The notes: generated by a model from the letters alone, not told the origin. Positions 1 through 14,299 are shown, numbered from the whole stretch's first letter. The stretch: DNA of 62,900 bases, filler included, from Sphacelaria rigidula (GCA_964200075.2; 8 parts of 8 records of this genome joined end to end with filler, not necessarily neighbours in it), one strand, 5' to 3'. Numbers and translations are program-made.

Positions 1-306
1 CATGCCGGGTGCAACTTCCCCCCCCCCCCCCCCCTGATCAAACGGCTAAGGCAATCAACAAATGAGTACCCCCCCCCCCCCCCCCTTTCCCCACATGTAG
101 AAGTTTTTTGTGTCATGTATGGAAGAAACGTAATGAGCACCTAAATGTTGGAGATGTTTATTTTGGAAGCTGGGGAACATGCACCTTGGCAAGAATCACG
201 CGTGCATGTTCCCCACCTTGCCGAACGGGGAGAGTTTTGAAGAACTGGAGGGAAAAAAAAAGAGAAGAGAGATAATGTATTCGGTACTCGATGTTCTCAT
301 CGCCAG

Positions 307-360
307 TATACCACACCAGATTGTAGTCCCTGCCGTTCCCGCAACGAACGCTTATCGGGG
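307..360 (+). CDS. Possible internal exon (YTTPDCSPCRSRNERLSG) of the calponin-homology gene
   Basis: cag| acceptor and |gtgaga donor; 54 nt, phase 0-0, compatible with the exon at 619; no recognisable motif. Confidence 0.3.
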
Positions 361-618
361 GTGAGACACCAAGGCTGTGACATTTACGCTGTTACGTGTA
401 GAAGACCTGGCCGAAATCGTAGACGATCATCCCTTGGTACAGTTTAAATGATCACCTTACCGACGCCCCGTCCCCACCTAATATCGATTGTAAGATGAAA
501 AACTCGTCCCATCACTCTCAAGTTCCCGCCGTTGTCTGTCTCCGTTCTTTTATCTTCTGGATCGCGGAATCCCGGAATCCCGGAATCTTCGATGATGTTA
601 CGTGTACCAACATTGCAG

Positions 619-693
619 GAGGTGGAGGCTACGACGGCCATGATGATCCTGCTCAACGTGCACACCTTCATGGCTGCGGCTAGGCGAATCGGG
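619..693 (+). CDS. Exon of a calponin-homology (CH) domain protein (EVEATTAMMILLNVHTFMAAARRIG)
   Basis: ttgcag| and |gtgagc splice sites. Joined in phase 0 to 1839 it gives NVHTFMAAARRIG|VSDADLCRPKDIVD...RSVLRCFAAL, matching the CH C-terminal pattern N(I/V)xxFLxAxxxxGVxxxDLFxxxDL...VLxxLxAL. Confidence 0.65.
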
Positions 694-913
694 GTGAGCG
701 CTAAACTGAAGAATGAAGAATAGAGTGATTGTTTTCGATTCCGTCAGAAGACTCGTCCCCCGCTGGTACTATTAATACTCCGCCCTTCGCCTGTCTCTCG
801 TGCAGCATTGCGTCCCGTATCTGAACTCTTTCTTGGCGCGTGCCGCGGTACGATGATCGTTGGCTTTGTTGTGCACTGTCATGCCTGTATCGTTTCATGT
901 GACGAGACTCCAC

Positions 914-1176
914 GACACTTTCTACAAAAGCACCCGCCCCCCCCCCGCCCCCACCAAAGTGGCTGTTTTGAGGAGGCAAAATCCACACGTAAGTCGAAGT
1001 GAAAAGGCCAAGCACAACGAGTAGTTAGGAATTCCCACGCTTGGGTTCGTTTTCGCCAATGTCGCCCATATGAGGCGCTTCATGCAATCCGAAAACAAAC
1101 ATCAGGCTCTGCATGACCATCTTCTTCGTGACACGTTTGGACTGATCGGGGGGGGGGGTCTATCGTAAAAAGTGTC
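914..1176. mobile_element. MITE (~260 bp), TIR GACACTTTCTAC...(C)n
   Basis: Terminal inverted repeats; flanks ccac/ctac (degenerate 4-bp TSD); inverted homologue at 51608-51860. Confidence 0.7.
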
Positions 1177-1838
1177 CTACGCGGTGCGGTCGTGCTGATT
1201 TGATCCACGATGCCAATTTTGAAGGCATTCACCGGGGGAGAGAGGTTAGTCTCTTGGTACCACGAACTCATCCCGACTGAGGGGAGGGGTGGAAAGTGCG
1301 AAGAACGCATATATATTTATATGTGGAGATCGCCATTTGGGCATGTGCGGAGAGATTTCCTTTTATGACGTGTAACCTAGTGAACGGCTGTTAGAGGGGT
1401 AAGTTCGCAGAAGCCCCGAAACTCCCATATCTGTACAGCCGGATCTGGGAACCCAAGATAACAGGGATCTTCCCAGCGAACTGCTGGCTATCCCTGGGGA
1501 TCACTTTTGACTTGGACTCTTAGACTTCGTCTTCGGGCTAACTCGCTCGCGCTCGTCGAGCTGTCCCGAGTGATTTACTTTGCCTCAACCCCATGGCTTA
1601 CGGTCAATCCTTTACATACCCCGAGGAAAATCATCGGCCACCTTCGACGGTTCCTACCGTCACAGGGAGTCTCACGACTTCCACATTGGCGACACCAGTG
1701 AGATATACATATTCAAACCCTTGTATATAGGTATATATAGCAGCGCTGAACGATGTAAGGTGTAATCCTAGAGAGTGTCAATATGGCGCCAGTATGTCTA
1801 ACTGTTGCTCTTTCGGTGCTGCTTTGTACTGACCTTAG

Positions 1839-2177
1839 GTCTCGGATGCTGACCTGTGTCGGCCCAAGGACATCGTGGACGCCCCCCCCGAGGGGCCTTG
1901 CCCACGCTCCGTACTTCGTTGCTTTGCCGCGCTCGACGACGCTGTGAGCAAAAACGCCTCCCTCGATCCAGAGACGACGCGCTACAAGGGCCCCCTGTTG
2001 GGCGACGGCGAAGGCGACGGCGTTACACCGTCATTATCTCCATTCCGGAAAAATAGAAACGTACATCGCGGCCGCGTTCTCGCCGGTCAGCTTGTCCGAA
2101 GCAAGAGCGTGGTGTCTGCGCGCCCAGAGCCGTCTGTGGTCCACAGCGTAAAACGGAGGGATTCCGTTTGTGCGTAA
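1839..2177 (+). CDS. Terminal exon of the CH-domain protein
   Basis: ctgac branch-like motif and cttag| acceptor; reads VSDADLCRPKDIVDAPPEGPCPRSVLRCFAALDDAV... to TAA at 2177. Confidence 0.65.
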   Translation, partial: VSDADLCRPKDIVDAPPEGPCPRSVLRCFAALDDAVSKNASLDPETTRYKGPLLGDGEGDGVTPSLSPFRKNRNVHRGRVLAGQLVRSKSVVSARPEPSVVHSVKRRDSVCA

Positions 2178-5100
2178 GGATACATGCGGATGGCGCGCGC
2201 GTGTGCTGTGTTTTGGAGCATGGCTCGATTTACTGGTTCCTGGATGTTGGGCGAGAGGAGAGGGGGTGCTTATACGCGCCCTCTCTTTTTGCTCCTAGAG
2301 CAGACAAATGTTGTACGAAAGTCCCCTCAACAGGGCATATACCGGAAGAGCAAAAATATGTCTCGATGGTGTGCGCGTTGAAATTGAACTCTTACATTCC
2401 CATTTCGGGATTTGATTAGTGTAATGAATGAGCCCGCATGATTCAAGACATGATGCCAAAGGTGGAGGTTACTACTGTATGACAGGGGTTTGGTTGGTCT
2501 TCTGCTAAGCAGGTTGCCGCTGTAATCAGAAAACTGCAGTTGTTGTTAGTGGGCCGACAGAAATAAGGTACAGTAGGGATGCCAGCGTAGTGCGGTGGGT
2601 TACCATCCCGACATGGCCGCACTATACCGGGACCCCGCACTCGAGCAGGTATCATGGTGAAATTATTTCATATAAGTGTAGTGGACTGGACTTGGGACGA
2701 GTGATATTTGAGTACGCTGTGGTGGGACTGGTCCTGTGGTAGGGAGGGGGAGGAGGGCTGGTTGCACGAAAATCTGGGGTCATGGAAATCGTCATTATAT
2801 GGTAGTCGGAAACGATTGCAAGTGGTTTGAAAAGGAACTTGATGTGAGTAACAAGAGCATTTAAGTGGACATTGATGCTTGCAGCAGTGTTTTGTTTCAC
2901 AGGGCCTCCTTCCTGCAAGAATTGACTCGGAACACTTGCTTCCCCTACCGTAGGATCAGTCTTGGGATCTCAGAATCTAGAGAACGGTACTGTGGGAATC
3001 TCCATTGTATGGTGACCCCGACGTGAAACGTATTGCCACATGTTGGGTACCTCATTCATTTTATTGCGGATACTTTCGTGTTCGGCCGCGGGATTTTGTT
3101 CCGGAGGCAGGGCAACGATTTTGCAGAATGTTGGGTGTATGGGTATGTGTGTGTCATTTTTTCTTGGCCTTTCACGCGGTTCTTAAATCAAATGCGAATC
3201 GCTTGGGATATAGAGAGAGTGTCGGCGTCATGGCTGCTGGCGTGATGACGCGGTGTTTGAATTTGCCGTTTTTCGCACACGGCCGTCATTTTATAATATA
3301 CATATATACATATATATGTATGTTGTATGTAAATGTTTCGCGGCGTGTGATGTGTACCTTTTATTGCGCTTTGCATCACGACACTTTATATTGGAGCAAC
3401 TCGTGCGCCGTAGTCTTCCCTGTGAACAAGGTTTTAAAAGGATGGGTGACCCTGGAACAGACGGGGCGGGGCGGGGGCAAGCGTTTTTTTTCCCGACATG
3501 TTTACGATTTTTGGTCGTGCATGCGCGATGAGGGTTGTTTTCCTTCGTCTTATTAAATCGTCGTGTTTCAGTTTCTGTCGCTGAGACCATTCGTCTCACC
3601 GGTTTGTTTGTTTTTGTGTAGACACCCGCAGGGCATTTGTGCGATAGTGCGTGTATTTACGACGAGGGTTACTTGTGCCATCGATCGCCGAAAGCCAGTT
3701 TGTTTGCTTGGTAGGACAGTACAGTACGGCAGCGCCCGGTCCTTGTGTGCCAACGCCATGATGACTATTCCCCTTTGGATGCCCCCTGGACATCTGGAGA
3801 TGACCCACCTAGCGGCGCGCGTCACTTTATCTCGCGGGCTTCTCTTTCGGCCGCTCCGTGTTTTGCGCGGCTGGTACGTACGAGCTTTCCGGCGAACCCG
3901 TTGCTATGGCTGGTCACTTGTCCTTGCCTCCGAGGCTGACGTTCTTCGAGCGTCTGGACGCCGCTCGGGCAGTGAATGACTCCCTTATGCAGGACGGGTG
4001 GGGTGGGGAGCGGCGTGCCGGTTTGCACGCAGGAGGCATTTTGGTATATTTTCTTGTTTTAATTATGGACGACTGACTGGTGTTGAAACGTTGACAGAGT
4101 TGGTGGCGCCGTCTCTCCATTTCGATGTTGATCCCGGATTATGACGTCAACGGAGAAATCGCTTCTTGGGGGGGGCGGGCTGTCCAGCTATGCCTGGATG
4201 CGTTCAGTGGTGGAAAATTGTAGCCCCGATGGGGCTTTTGTGGTCGCGCCGCTGACCGCAGTGTTCAACAGGCTGGTACTTCGGTTATAGGCAGGCCAGG
4301 ATAGCTGGAGATTTCGACGCTCGGGCGGGGGATTTCACAACGCAAATACTGTTGCTAGTGGACGTTCCGTGACTAGAAGGCGAAGTGAGATCAATGCCAA
4401 GGTATATACTGTAGGATAGGGTACATGCAGTCCGAGTGTGGGTACTTTGGAGTGTCGACTTCTTGTAATTTGAGAGTATTTACGATTTCGGCACTCGTTA
4501 TCCTAGATACTGGGCATAAGTGAGTAGCCCCTTGCACCACACCGAGTGGTTGGGGTACTAGTATGAATTTTCGAGATACCCACTACTGTACTCTCGAGAA
4601 GCAGATGCTCGAGGTATTGAGCGCTTTTGTCAGTACGCTCGAGTACCACACCGAGTACTTCGAAGAATGGATCCTCCAAGGATCTCGGGTCTACGCTGTA
4701 CTTTGAAGACGTCAACACTCCTGGAGATTTTGAGGAGTGAAACACTGTATTTTTCAGCAGTTGATACCCCCACGTACTGGTGGATACTCGGTATTTTGAA
4801 GAAACATGTACTTCGGATACAAGGGCGAGTGCCGAGTATTGCGAAACCTCAGAATATTCAAAGTATATGGAATACTATCTTTCATCTTGAATACTTTCGA
4901 GAACTGCGGTCGCGCTACCGTCCTCTGTCGTGAGATACTCGCCCCCAACCGATCTGCAATTTGGAGAATTGAGAGGAGGCACGCTTTGACGTTTTTTGTG
5001 GGCCCTCTGCTCGATATTTTGTGTTGTTTCGACGGACCTTTCAGGACATGTGTTGCAGGCGATACCCCCTATACTCTTCCCAGATGGTTCCGTACGCCAA

Positions 5101-6897
5101 ATACCCAAGGATTTTCGGTAGTAGCTCTGGCATTGAACCTTTTTGTGCACGTCATGTAGGTAGAATTGTGTATACAGTAACATATTACGTGCAGTACAAA
5201 ATAGGTGAATCGTCTTTGTGGTTATATATTCGTTTTTATTACTTCCTCGGGGTAGAATTTACCCTCCTTGTGTGTTTTGATTGAATAAAAAGTTGTGACA
5301 TGGATGGTATATTTCGTATTGCTATCGGCTCAAGGAAGTGGTCGTGATACCCCCCCCCCCCCCATATCCCTAGATGTTCGTGTCGTTTCCATGCCATGTT
5401 TTCCTTGTGTGGCGTGTTTTCGTTCCGAAAGGGTGGTGCGCAGTCCCTGAAACTTGGCTCATTACCTAAAAAGTAGCAGTAGTTGTGGAGAGGGTGTGGG
5501 CTACGTCGATAGCAAGGGTCCTTGTGACGTTGGACCGTCGGAGCTTGGGGTGAGAGGGGCCGCTAGACAGAGAGGAGCATGGTATAGAACCGTACTTACT
5601 GCTAAACTTGGCCCGTGTGAGACCGAGGATCAAACTGATCCCGTGGTTGTTCTATTATTGTCCTTTTATAACGTTTTGTATTATACCATAAATGCCCGGC
5701 GAGGCAATTCGATTTCGGCGAAGTGCTTTGGGTGTAGCGGTAATGCCGTACTGAAGAAATAAGTGTAGCTTTCTGTGACTGTTCATGGCTGGGTGCTCAA
5801 AATATAGGGGCGTAGACGGGGTCAGATTCATTACCCCAGGTTGTTCCTACTGTACGAGTGGGGAGTCCCTTGATGGTGTGTTCGTTGTTGAGTTTTACGT
5901 GTGCGAGAGCCCAGTTGTGAGTGATGGGAAGTAGTTAGAAATGTTCGAACCAATCACCATGTTTTGAAGGAGTCAAACGCGGCGATGATCAGTCGAGTGG
6001 CATGTTTGGATGCCTTTCAGCCTATTGGTTAACCCTGCGCAACGCGAAGGCCATTTGATGGGCGACGAATCTAAGTCGCAGGTACACCAGCTCAAGGCCG
6101 CTTGTCCCTGACTCTGCAAATGTACCCTCATTGTGGTGGAAACTGTACCTGTTCAAGTGGCGGGAAACTGTACCCGAGACTTGTATGCTCCACGCAATAT
6201 GGAGGATTGACAGTGTGACGCAACCAGGTTTTTGCTTGCTGCGTCCTTTGCCGTGGCGCTGGTAGTGAAAATATTTCTCGGCCAATCAGGGGCCTTCGGA
6301 TTGTTCTGAATTGCCTAGTGCCAATTCCCGACACAATCAATTTGTACCCAGTCTCATCACGAATCAAAGCTTAGTAACCGCCATTAGCGAAAAAATCTAA
6401 CGCGAAAGGCAGATTTTGAAACGATTTGTGTGGGATCGAGTCAAAGCCCAAAACGTGGTGTTTCGGTCACGTGGAGTTTTGGCGTCGTCGAATTTCTGCT
6501 GATGATATGCACTAAAGATCCAGAAACCTCTTGACATTTTCCCTTCCAAGTTTGTAAAAAAAAAAGCCCCGATCATCTTCAAACTTGGCAGTTTAGTACG
6601 CATGTATGCCTCGTACGAATGGGGAAAAAAAACGTCATGGATTTTTCAAACTTTATTCGCTCTCTACCGCCTTTCGGAGGCCCCAGCGTGAAGACCCCCA
6701 ATAGCCGGTAGATAGATCGTTTCGAAATTGAAAATCAAAATTTGACTCGTCCCGAAGCGGTTCAAGGAACGTTTGTACAATATTTCGTGGCGTACAATAG
6801 CTCGATAAGCTGATCCCGAACGGTCAATTACTTCGAGCTCAAACGCACAAGTAAAACGTCGGTATAGCATACCATAATCAAGTAATTAGGGCGTTCC

Positions 6898-6900
6898 GCG

Positions 6901-6934
<34 letters not shown>
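6898..6934. repeat. (GTT)n microsatellite
   Basis: Seen directly. Confidence 0.95.
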
Positions 6935-6940
6935 CTTCAC

Positions 6941-7190
6941 ATTAAAAGCCGCTGCGATATCTGCGCGGTACATTCGTACGGGGCGTCTGACGCAGACGCC
7001 TTCCATGGTCACAGGCTAGCTGCTTATAATAAGGTATAGGGAGATTAAACAAAACCAAAAAACAAAATAGAGCCATATTAAAACTCACGAAACGCGATAT
7101 AAGCAAAACGGGGATGAACAATAAAGAGAAGAAAGACAAAACATATGGCTAACCTCAGAAGAACCGGTGCCGCAGGTGGCCATTCGGATT
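6941..7190 (+). repeat. Dispersed repeat, also at ~56506-56710
   Basis: Shared cgatatctgcgcggtacattcgtac...catatggct(t)aacctcagaaga..cggtgccg. Confidence 0.75.
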
Positions 7191-7776
7191 CCGCGTACAT
7201 GTGTATATTTCGATGCACAAACGGCTAATTGTTCACGCCGTTTTTTGGAGTTGTTAGACTCTGAAATTTTACATACGCGCATTTTCTGAGATACTTAGAA
7301 GGGCTGCACGAACGGGGTCCTTGATTTCTCCCCCCGCCAGATGTCCGGGGTCCCAGGAGGGGGGGTTCCACCCCGCTCCCTCCAGACCCCCCCTGGGACT
7401 CCGGACATCTGGTGGGAATTTTTTTCGGGATACCCCGTTCATATATATAGCCCTTCTAATATCTCAGAGCATCCGTACGAAAAATTTCAGAGTCTATTTC
7501 CAAAAAACGACGTGAGCAATCGTTGGAGAGCAAATTCAGGTCGTTCACCCTAACCGATTCAGCCTGTGTGTAACAGTTCAACAACAGTTTTTTTTGCCTC
7601 CTCAAACCAGCCACTTTCCTGGAGGGGGCTATCGCGGCATCAGTCTTGCGAAAAAAATTCTCCGTCGTTGGTCGACTCGCTGGATTCTCACCCTCTACTA
7701 CACCATACCATCATTTTTATAACAATATTCATCTTCTTGCAAACAGCCAATCATCTATGTTGAGGATGGTGCTTTT

Positions 7777-7876
7777 NNNNNNNNNNNNNNNNNNNNNNNN
7801 NNNNNNNNNNNNNNNNNNNNTTAATTAATTAANNNNNNNNNNNNNNNNNNNNNNNNNNNNNNNNNNNNNNNNNNNN
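7777..7876. other. Artificial contig spacer N44-TTAATTAATTAA-N44 (also 15652-15751, 23527-23626, 31402-31501, 39277-39376, 47152-47251, 55027-55126)
   Basis: Identical 100-bp linker with stops in all six frames, recurring exactly every 7875 bp. Confidence 0.98.
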
Positions 7877-8330
7877 GTCACGAGTCGACTCATCATACTA
7901 AAACCAAGTAATTTTCAGACGAATCATTATTTGTCCGACCCTTGGAAGATTTGTTACGCCAAACATTTTTGCAATGTAAAAGGACAACGACGCTCACGAG
8001 AAGAGTCCTTCATTACTTTTATCGTTGAAACTCATCAAGAGAGCACACGAATACCCCCCCTCACACATGCATATGTACACACAGACACACTCTCCTTCAC
8101 ACACCAACTCATGGGCATGTCTGTCGACGATACTCCGCGGCGTTTTTTCCGCTGTGCACACGTCAAACCTCATCAACAGATATTTACACTTACAAGCAAA
8201 ACCGCATACAACCGAGTGAGGACGACCGCACCCGTATGTACCATTTCTGTGACTGATCCTGCGCCTCTTTTTTTTTATTTTACGCGACATGACAACAGTC
8301 AGTAGTTTTTTTTTTCCGTGTCTTCGACGA

Positions 8331-8570
8331 CTACATCCTGAAGACCCCGAATTCGGTCCGCGGTGCAGCATCCTTCATCGCGATGCTCAGGCTCAACCCA
8401 AGCACGCGTCGTGTGTCGGCAGGGTCGATGACCCCATCATCCCACAGTCGAGCGCTGGAGTAGTAAGGAGAGCTCTCTCGCTCGAACTTTTCAAGAATGG
8501 GATCTTTGATCTTCGCTTCGCATTCGGGCCCCAGGGTCTCGCCCGCAGCCTCTCGTTTGTCCTTCTCGAC
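8331..8570 (-). CDS. MCCB: Methylcrotonoyl-CoA carboxylase beta subunit, last exon
   Basis: FERESSPYYSSARLWDDGVIDPADTRRVLGLSL...FGVFRM* is the characteristic MCCB C-terminus; aag| acceptor, phase 0. Confidence 0.95.
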   Translation of the reverse strand, partial: VEKDKREAAGETLGPECEAKIKDPILEKFERESSPYYSSARLWDDGVIDPADTRRVLGLSLSIAMKDAAPRTEFGVFRM

Positions 8571-10693
8571 CTTTGTTGAGAGATCCGTTGTTTTGCAACG
8601 AGGGTATATATTATATTGTGCATCGATAGATTCAACGAACATACAGTAGCCGTGATCACGAGACAGATTATAACGTTTTCGTGAGATTGAGAGTAGAGCG
8701 CTGATGGAGAGTGGCTTTGATAATTCGCTCTAACTTAGCCATTTTTCATTCCGTGAGTGCTTTACATTGCCTCCATCACTAGCGTGTGCTTACAGCTACA
8801 CGTCGATATCCTACTCAGTGACATCAAGGATCTCAGTGGCAAGCTGCTGCAGAAAGCATATTGGGCCGCGTGGAGGGGCATTTCGGAACAGAGACGATTC
8901 GTTCCCCAACTGACCGCTTTTCACTCTCAATCGTATCCTCTACTCTCAATCTCACGAAAACATTGTTAGATACACCCAATATTAGGTAGAGTCGACGAAT
9001 GGAGTACGTACAAAGTGCGACAATCTATCAATCAATCAACACTTGCTGAGAGAAGCTCGAGCAAAGGAGCAAAATAAGATGAAAAATGAAAAGGGGACAC
9101 AGACACAGTAGACCGACACGGTCGCAAGTCTACCAACTAGCATCGATCCAGAAAACAAACCCGACAGAGACCTAGCAGGGCCACAGACACGGAAGTCATA
9201 AACAGGAAGGGGAGTGAGTGGAGAGGATGACGACAAAAATATGGAATCGGCTCATGAGCAAAAGGCACGGTGTGCGGACTTGGTCGAACCCCCTCTTCTT
9301 AGCCTCACCCGAAATATGAATGTGTTACACACAGTGCCATGGCTTCGCACATGATACATGTAACTATCTCACCATAAAGTGATTACAAGAGGTCACGGGA
9401 GTAATATGATCATTCAAAACAACGATGTTCCCATGAATACTGTACCCTTGCACCTGCACCACAAGCTGGCTTCAGGAAGGGCTACACAGGAAAACGTCCA
9501 AGATGCGAACGCGCGGCCAGTTAAGACGATACTCGGCAGGTCACTTGTATACTGCATGAGCCAGGCACTCACTTTCTGCTGTACACTTTCGTATTAATTC
9601 AAAATTTCATTCAGGAATAACTCTGGGGCCAATATTAAAGCCCGGTTTTCCCGCGCCCCATCTCTCACCTAACACAAAAGTTCGGTCTACCTGACGTTCT
9701 TGAGTGATAACTACTCGCGAACCCATTCTGCAATGTAAACCATCCAATGGTGGCTGCACTGGACGGGACTACACTCCCTCTGACTCGGCAGGGTAGGCAC
9801 GGTGGTCGATGAGTGATGAAGGGTGTGCAGGTTGAGAAATGGGCCGCCGCCCAAAGCTTGAGAGAAACCCGTAAGCTATTCTAGCGGGACATCGGAGCAG
9901 CAATCTTCCCCGCCGATTTTTCCTTGCCAGATCCGTCTCCCTCGCGAATTTCAATTCAAGAACCCTCGGGGCCGAGGGAAGGAAACACGGAGCCTTTCCT
10001 GAGACCGCTCACATTCAATATGACGGGTTTCTAAAGCGTGCTACAATACCAGGTATCCGGTAGGGTGCTACGTTATATTTTACAGCGAATAAAGCGACTC
10101 GGCTTGCGTTCTGTCATGGGGTCACAGGTCAATGAAGTCACATGTACTGTATCTCGCCACTCTCAGTCGGCACCGAATGGCGAAAGTGGGGGGGGTGCAC
10201 GGAGATGTCTCTTATTGCTTCAACCCCGCGCTGTGTCTGCGGTCGCATTTTCGCCGAGAGGCCCGCCAGGTGTCGCCAAAAACAAACCAAAAAATCTTGA
10301 TGCCTTCAGGGGCTACGGTGAATCTAGGGGTTTATGCAGACTTTTTTCCCGAACGCGCCTTGAAGCCCTGAAACATAAGCGCCGATACTGGAATCGACGT
10401 GACGACATATGCATACAAATCGAACGAAAAAACGTGCGCGGAAGAAGCGTAGACCTATGCGTGTGATGATGCCATACATGTACATACACGCAAACACGGA
10501 CGCACGTACAGAAGCAAATTGTGAAATTCTTCGGGCAAAAAAGATACCGATGCAAGTGGCGCGACCATCATTTGGTGAGTGTGTCGGTATTTCAGGTTTG
10601 AATAAGAATCAAAACGTCCAAACCTTTCAAGGATCGGACGAATCATCTCTTGTTCGAATCACCAACTCTACGATTTTTGAGGCCCGATGACTC

Positions 10694-10745
10694 GAGAGAG
10701 ACAGAGACAGAGACAGAGACAGAGACAGAGACAGAGACAGAGACA
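10694..10745. repeat. (GAGACA)n microsatellite
   Basis: Seen directly; explains the RQRQ and CLCL pseudo-ORFs. Confidence 0.95.
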
Positions 10746-11872
10746 CACAGAAGCTGACCGCTGGTCAAAAAGGTCCCAATTTTTGCGCCATATCACGTTC
10801 CTGGGCTGCGCGTACCTGGGTTGCAACGCTGAAAGCAGAGCCCAAGGATTGAGTCGTATGGTACGAACCAACTACATCAAAAGCAACAATTTTTCAGACG
10901 AATCGTTGTTCGTCCGCGATCCTTGCAACCGTTCATCACCCGCACCGCTGCTCAAAAACTAAATGGAAGCCCTTCATGGGAGAGGTTCGGAATGGATATT
11001 TTTGGTGGATATACAACACACCTACACAGAAAAGGTCACATCTACCAACATGTGGCGCGTGCGCGTCAAGGCTAGTCTTGCATTGGCCGCACAGTTACGA
11101 TTCGAGAGATCCTGGGTTGGATGATGACCCATCCGTACATTCGTACCGAAGATATTGCTGCACGACCGTAAAACCGATGATTTCCAATACTCGATTTTCC
11201 CGGCAGGGACGGTGCTGACTCATGCTGACTCCTGACACCGACAGTATCTGAATGGTGGCAACATCTACTCGGAGTTTGCCGATAGGCCAATGAGACCTAC
11301 TCCCTCGCCAGTGCAGGTTCCCCCGTCTCGACAAAACCGAGCTGTGGAAACCGATAGGATGTCAGCTGTGTGATCCCCCGGTTCTTACGGGGCTCCGTTA
11401 CGTTACTCACAGGAGGTACGGCATCGTTGTAAATGCTGGAAATAGTACGGCATGCGTGAGAGAGAGCACTTTGCTCCCGTGAAAGATTGGCCGTCATGGG
11501 CGCTATATCTACGCTTTACTTGTAAAGTCTAGGTTCGTGGATGTACTGTAGTAGTGTGGGACAAAAACAAGTCGCTAGTCCTGAAGAGTTTGAGCCTCTC
11601 CTGGGTGACCAGACAGCTGGCAAGCCGCTGGTTGACTCATCGATTTATTGGTTGGTTGGTTGATTGATTGGCACATTAACTGATGAGTCGGTCGTGGGAA
11701 ATGACCTCCTCGATGCGGTCTTGGGAATTCAAGCTCCGGAACCTACCTCGGGAACGGCAAGAAGGTCAGGAACGCGATCAACACAATTCGGAAGTCCGTC
11801 CGAGAAACAGTAAACTTCAGGATTTACTACTGCGGCTAGTTTGGCAGAGATGGTGTTTTGGGCATCTCTCAC

Positions 11873-12100
11873 CTGCGCGAGAACGTTGGCGGCCTGCTCC
11901 CCGCCCATCACGGAGATCTTTGCGTTCGGCCACATGTACAGGAACCTCGGCGAGAAGGCACGGCCGCACATACCGTAGTTGCCGGCGCCGTAGCTGCCTC
12001 CGATGACGCACGTAATCTTGGGAACATTGGCACACGAAACGGCCGTGACCAGCTTAGCCCCGTCCTTGGCTATACCCTGGTGTTCGTATCGTTTTCCAAC
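11873..12100 (-). CDS. MCCB: Methylcrotonoyl-CoA carboxylase beta subunit, penultimate exon
   Basis: [80 protein letters not shown] sites, phase 0-0. Confidence 0.95.
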
Positions 12101-12433
12101 CTGTGTCGCGCAAGTGATGGGGAGCAAAGTTTTTCCCAAAGGCCAAGGGGGAGGGGTACTCATGATTCCGCATACCGTAGTCATATGACCATTGACCTCG
12201 AATTCCATGGTCCGGAGCACGCCGGATTCTCGCCGGACCAGCCTCTGGGATGGGGGAGGGGCGAGAGTACGTGACTTATTGTGAGCTGAACCATTCGCAT
12301 GTGATACCCAGGTACCCAGGGTTGTTCATCACCATGTCACCACGTGAAGTAATCGGGGAACAAGATTAAGATTTACAACGCTCGCCCCGACTTGCGGACC
12401 AGGGCAAACCTTCAAAATAAGCAAGGAGTACAT

Positions 12434-12564
12434 ACCCTGGACAAAAGAATACACAGTAAAAAATTGTACTGCGTACAGTATCGACTATTGCGCCTATTGC
12501 AATAAACAATAGATTCCATACTGTACGCAGTACATTTTTGACAATAGAATCGATTGTCCAGGGT
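12434..12564. mobile_element. Small MITE-like element, TIR CCCTGGACAA...TTGTCCAGGG (second copy ~13824-13963)
   Basis: Same short TIRs and similar interior (tactgcgtaca..atcg) in two copies within one MCCB intron. Confidence 0.5.
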
Positions 12565-14016
12565 TTGAAGGAGTACCCGTTTTCGTCGCTTCATACTGTA
12601 ATACTGTGATACTCTACATGAGGTACACGATGTCAACGTAGAGAAGAGTGCTTCCCGGAAAAGGATATTTTCGGACAAGGTTTGAGCAAATGATTGTTGT
12701 GGTAATCATATGCTCAGAGATGCAACCGACATTCAGATTCTGAAATGCGACTGTAAAATGGTTTTACATAAAAAAAAAAATGAAGGACAAAATCTCCTCG
12801 AAAAGGCACTGATTGTGTCGGGCGCAAAAGTAGCTGCCCCCATCGCTGTTAATTGTGACCCTACCCCGAGGGAAGCAGAGGAAGGCAACTTCGCTCGAGC
12901 TTTCACACACCTCATGGTTACAGGTGTACCGATTAGCACATAACGCTTGTGCCCGAGTTGCTGAAGACTGGCCCTTCGATAGGGGCGCGGTGCTCTGAGC
13001 CGATTGCTGCACGAAGGAGTCACTTTTGAAACGTCTCTGCAGGCAGAGATATTCATACGAATGCTCTTACTATCAAAATCTACTTCCTTTTCAAGCCACG
13101 TGCAACCGTTTCCACCCATAAAGATGCCCACCAACATTTACTAGTGTGTGAGGTGGAGTAACACACTCGCGACCCCATTTTTTTCGTGCAACCAACCGCC
13201 TCCCCCCCTCCCCCCCCACTGTAGGATCAGCCTCAAGCATGAGTGTTTTTGTTCTCCTCTGTACATACGTACTCCTTGCTGCGCCAAAACATTGAGCTCC
13301 AGGCCTCAATTCAGAACAACACTCTCCGGCCGACCGTGCAGGTCGCCAATCCCGGTGCAACAGGTCAGCAGCTCTCACTTTCCGACCACCACCCTCAGTG
13401 ACAGGATGCCCTGTATAACGTTGTATAACGTGACTCCAAATTCCTGAACGATTTACAGTAGTGTTGTTCATAAAAGCACAGTCATATTTTACCTTTTTTC
13501 AGTGGCCTGTCCAGATGAGGAGGGGTGGGGGGTGGGGAGTGGGGGGGTACTCATGATATTACACGCCGTGATCATAAGACCATTGACCTCACACCCCTAC
13601 AAAGCCGGGACGGAGCATGCCGAGTTTTCGCAGGGCCAGGCGCCGATCCAGGGGAGGAATAACAAGAGAAAATATGTTTATGCTTCGCTTCTCCTACGAT
13701 GTAGTAACGTAAACAAAATCGCGGCCGATAAAACGATTACGATACTCGGAATAATTTTCCTCGCAGTGCTCTACTGCACGTGCCAGGCGTTAAGCCAACA
13801 CTTTTTGCGGTATCTTTTCCACACCCTGGACAAGGACAGTAGGACACATAGGACACATGGGCAGTAAAAGTCTACTGCGTACAATATCGGATCCAATGTC
13901 TTATTGGTGCAAGAGACAAACGATTCGAATGCTGCGATTGCGATCTATTGCCATTGTCCAGGGCCTGATATTCTCGGAATAATTGAATCTCGAGTGGATG
14001 CATAAAGTGACGTCAC

Positions 14017-14241
14017 CATGAAGCCAGTGATGTTCTGCAAGAAGATGAGCGGGACACCCCTCTGACAGCACAGCTCCACGAAATGTGCCGCCTTGAGCGA
14101 AGACTCCGAAAATAGGACGCCATTGTTGGCCACGATTCCCACAGTCTGGCCGTACAGCTCCGCGAACCCGGTGACGATCGTGCTGCCGTACCGTTCTTTG
14201 AACTCGTGGAATCTACTTCCGTCCACCAGTCGCGCGATCAC
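14017..14241 (-). CDS. MCCB: Methylcrotonoyl-CoA carboxylase beta subunit, internal exon (upstream exons are outside this contig)
   Basis: [27 protein letters not shown]...[45 protein letters not shown] sites, phase 0-0. Confidence 0.95.
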
Positions 14242-14299
14242 CTGTACCCGGGCGAGAAAAACAGACAAAGAGTACATATACATATATATATATATATTT

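Noticed and set aside
3005-4120. Long overlapping ORFs (183, 138 and 102 aa)
   Set aside because: No recognisable motifs; low-complexity intergenic composition
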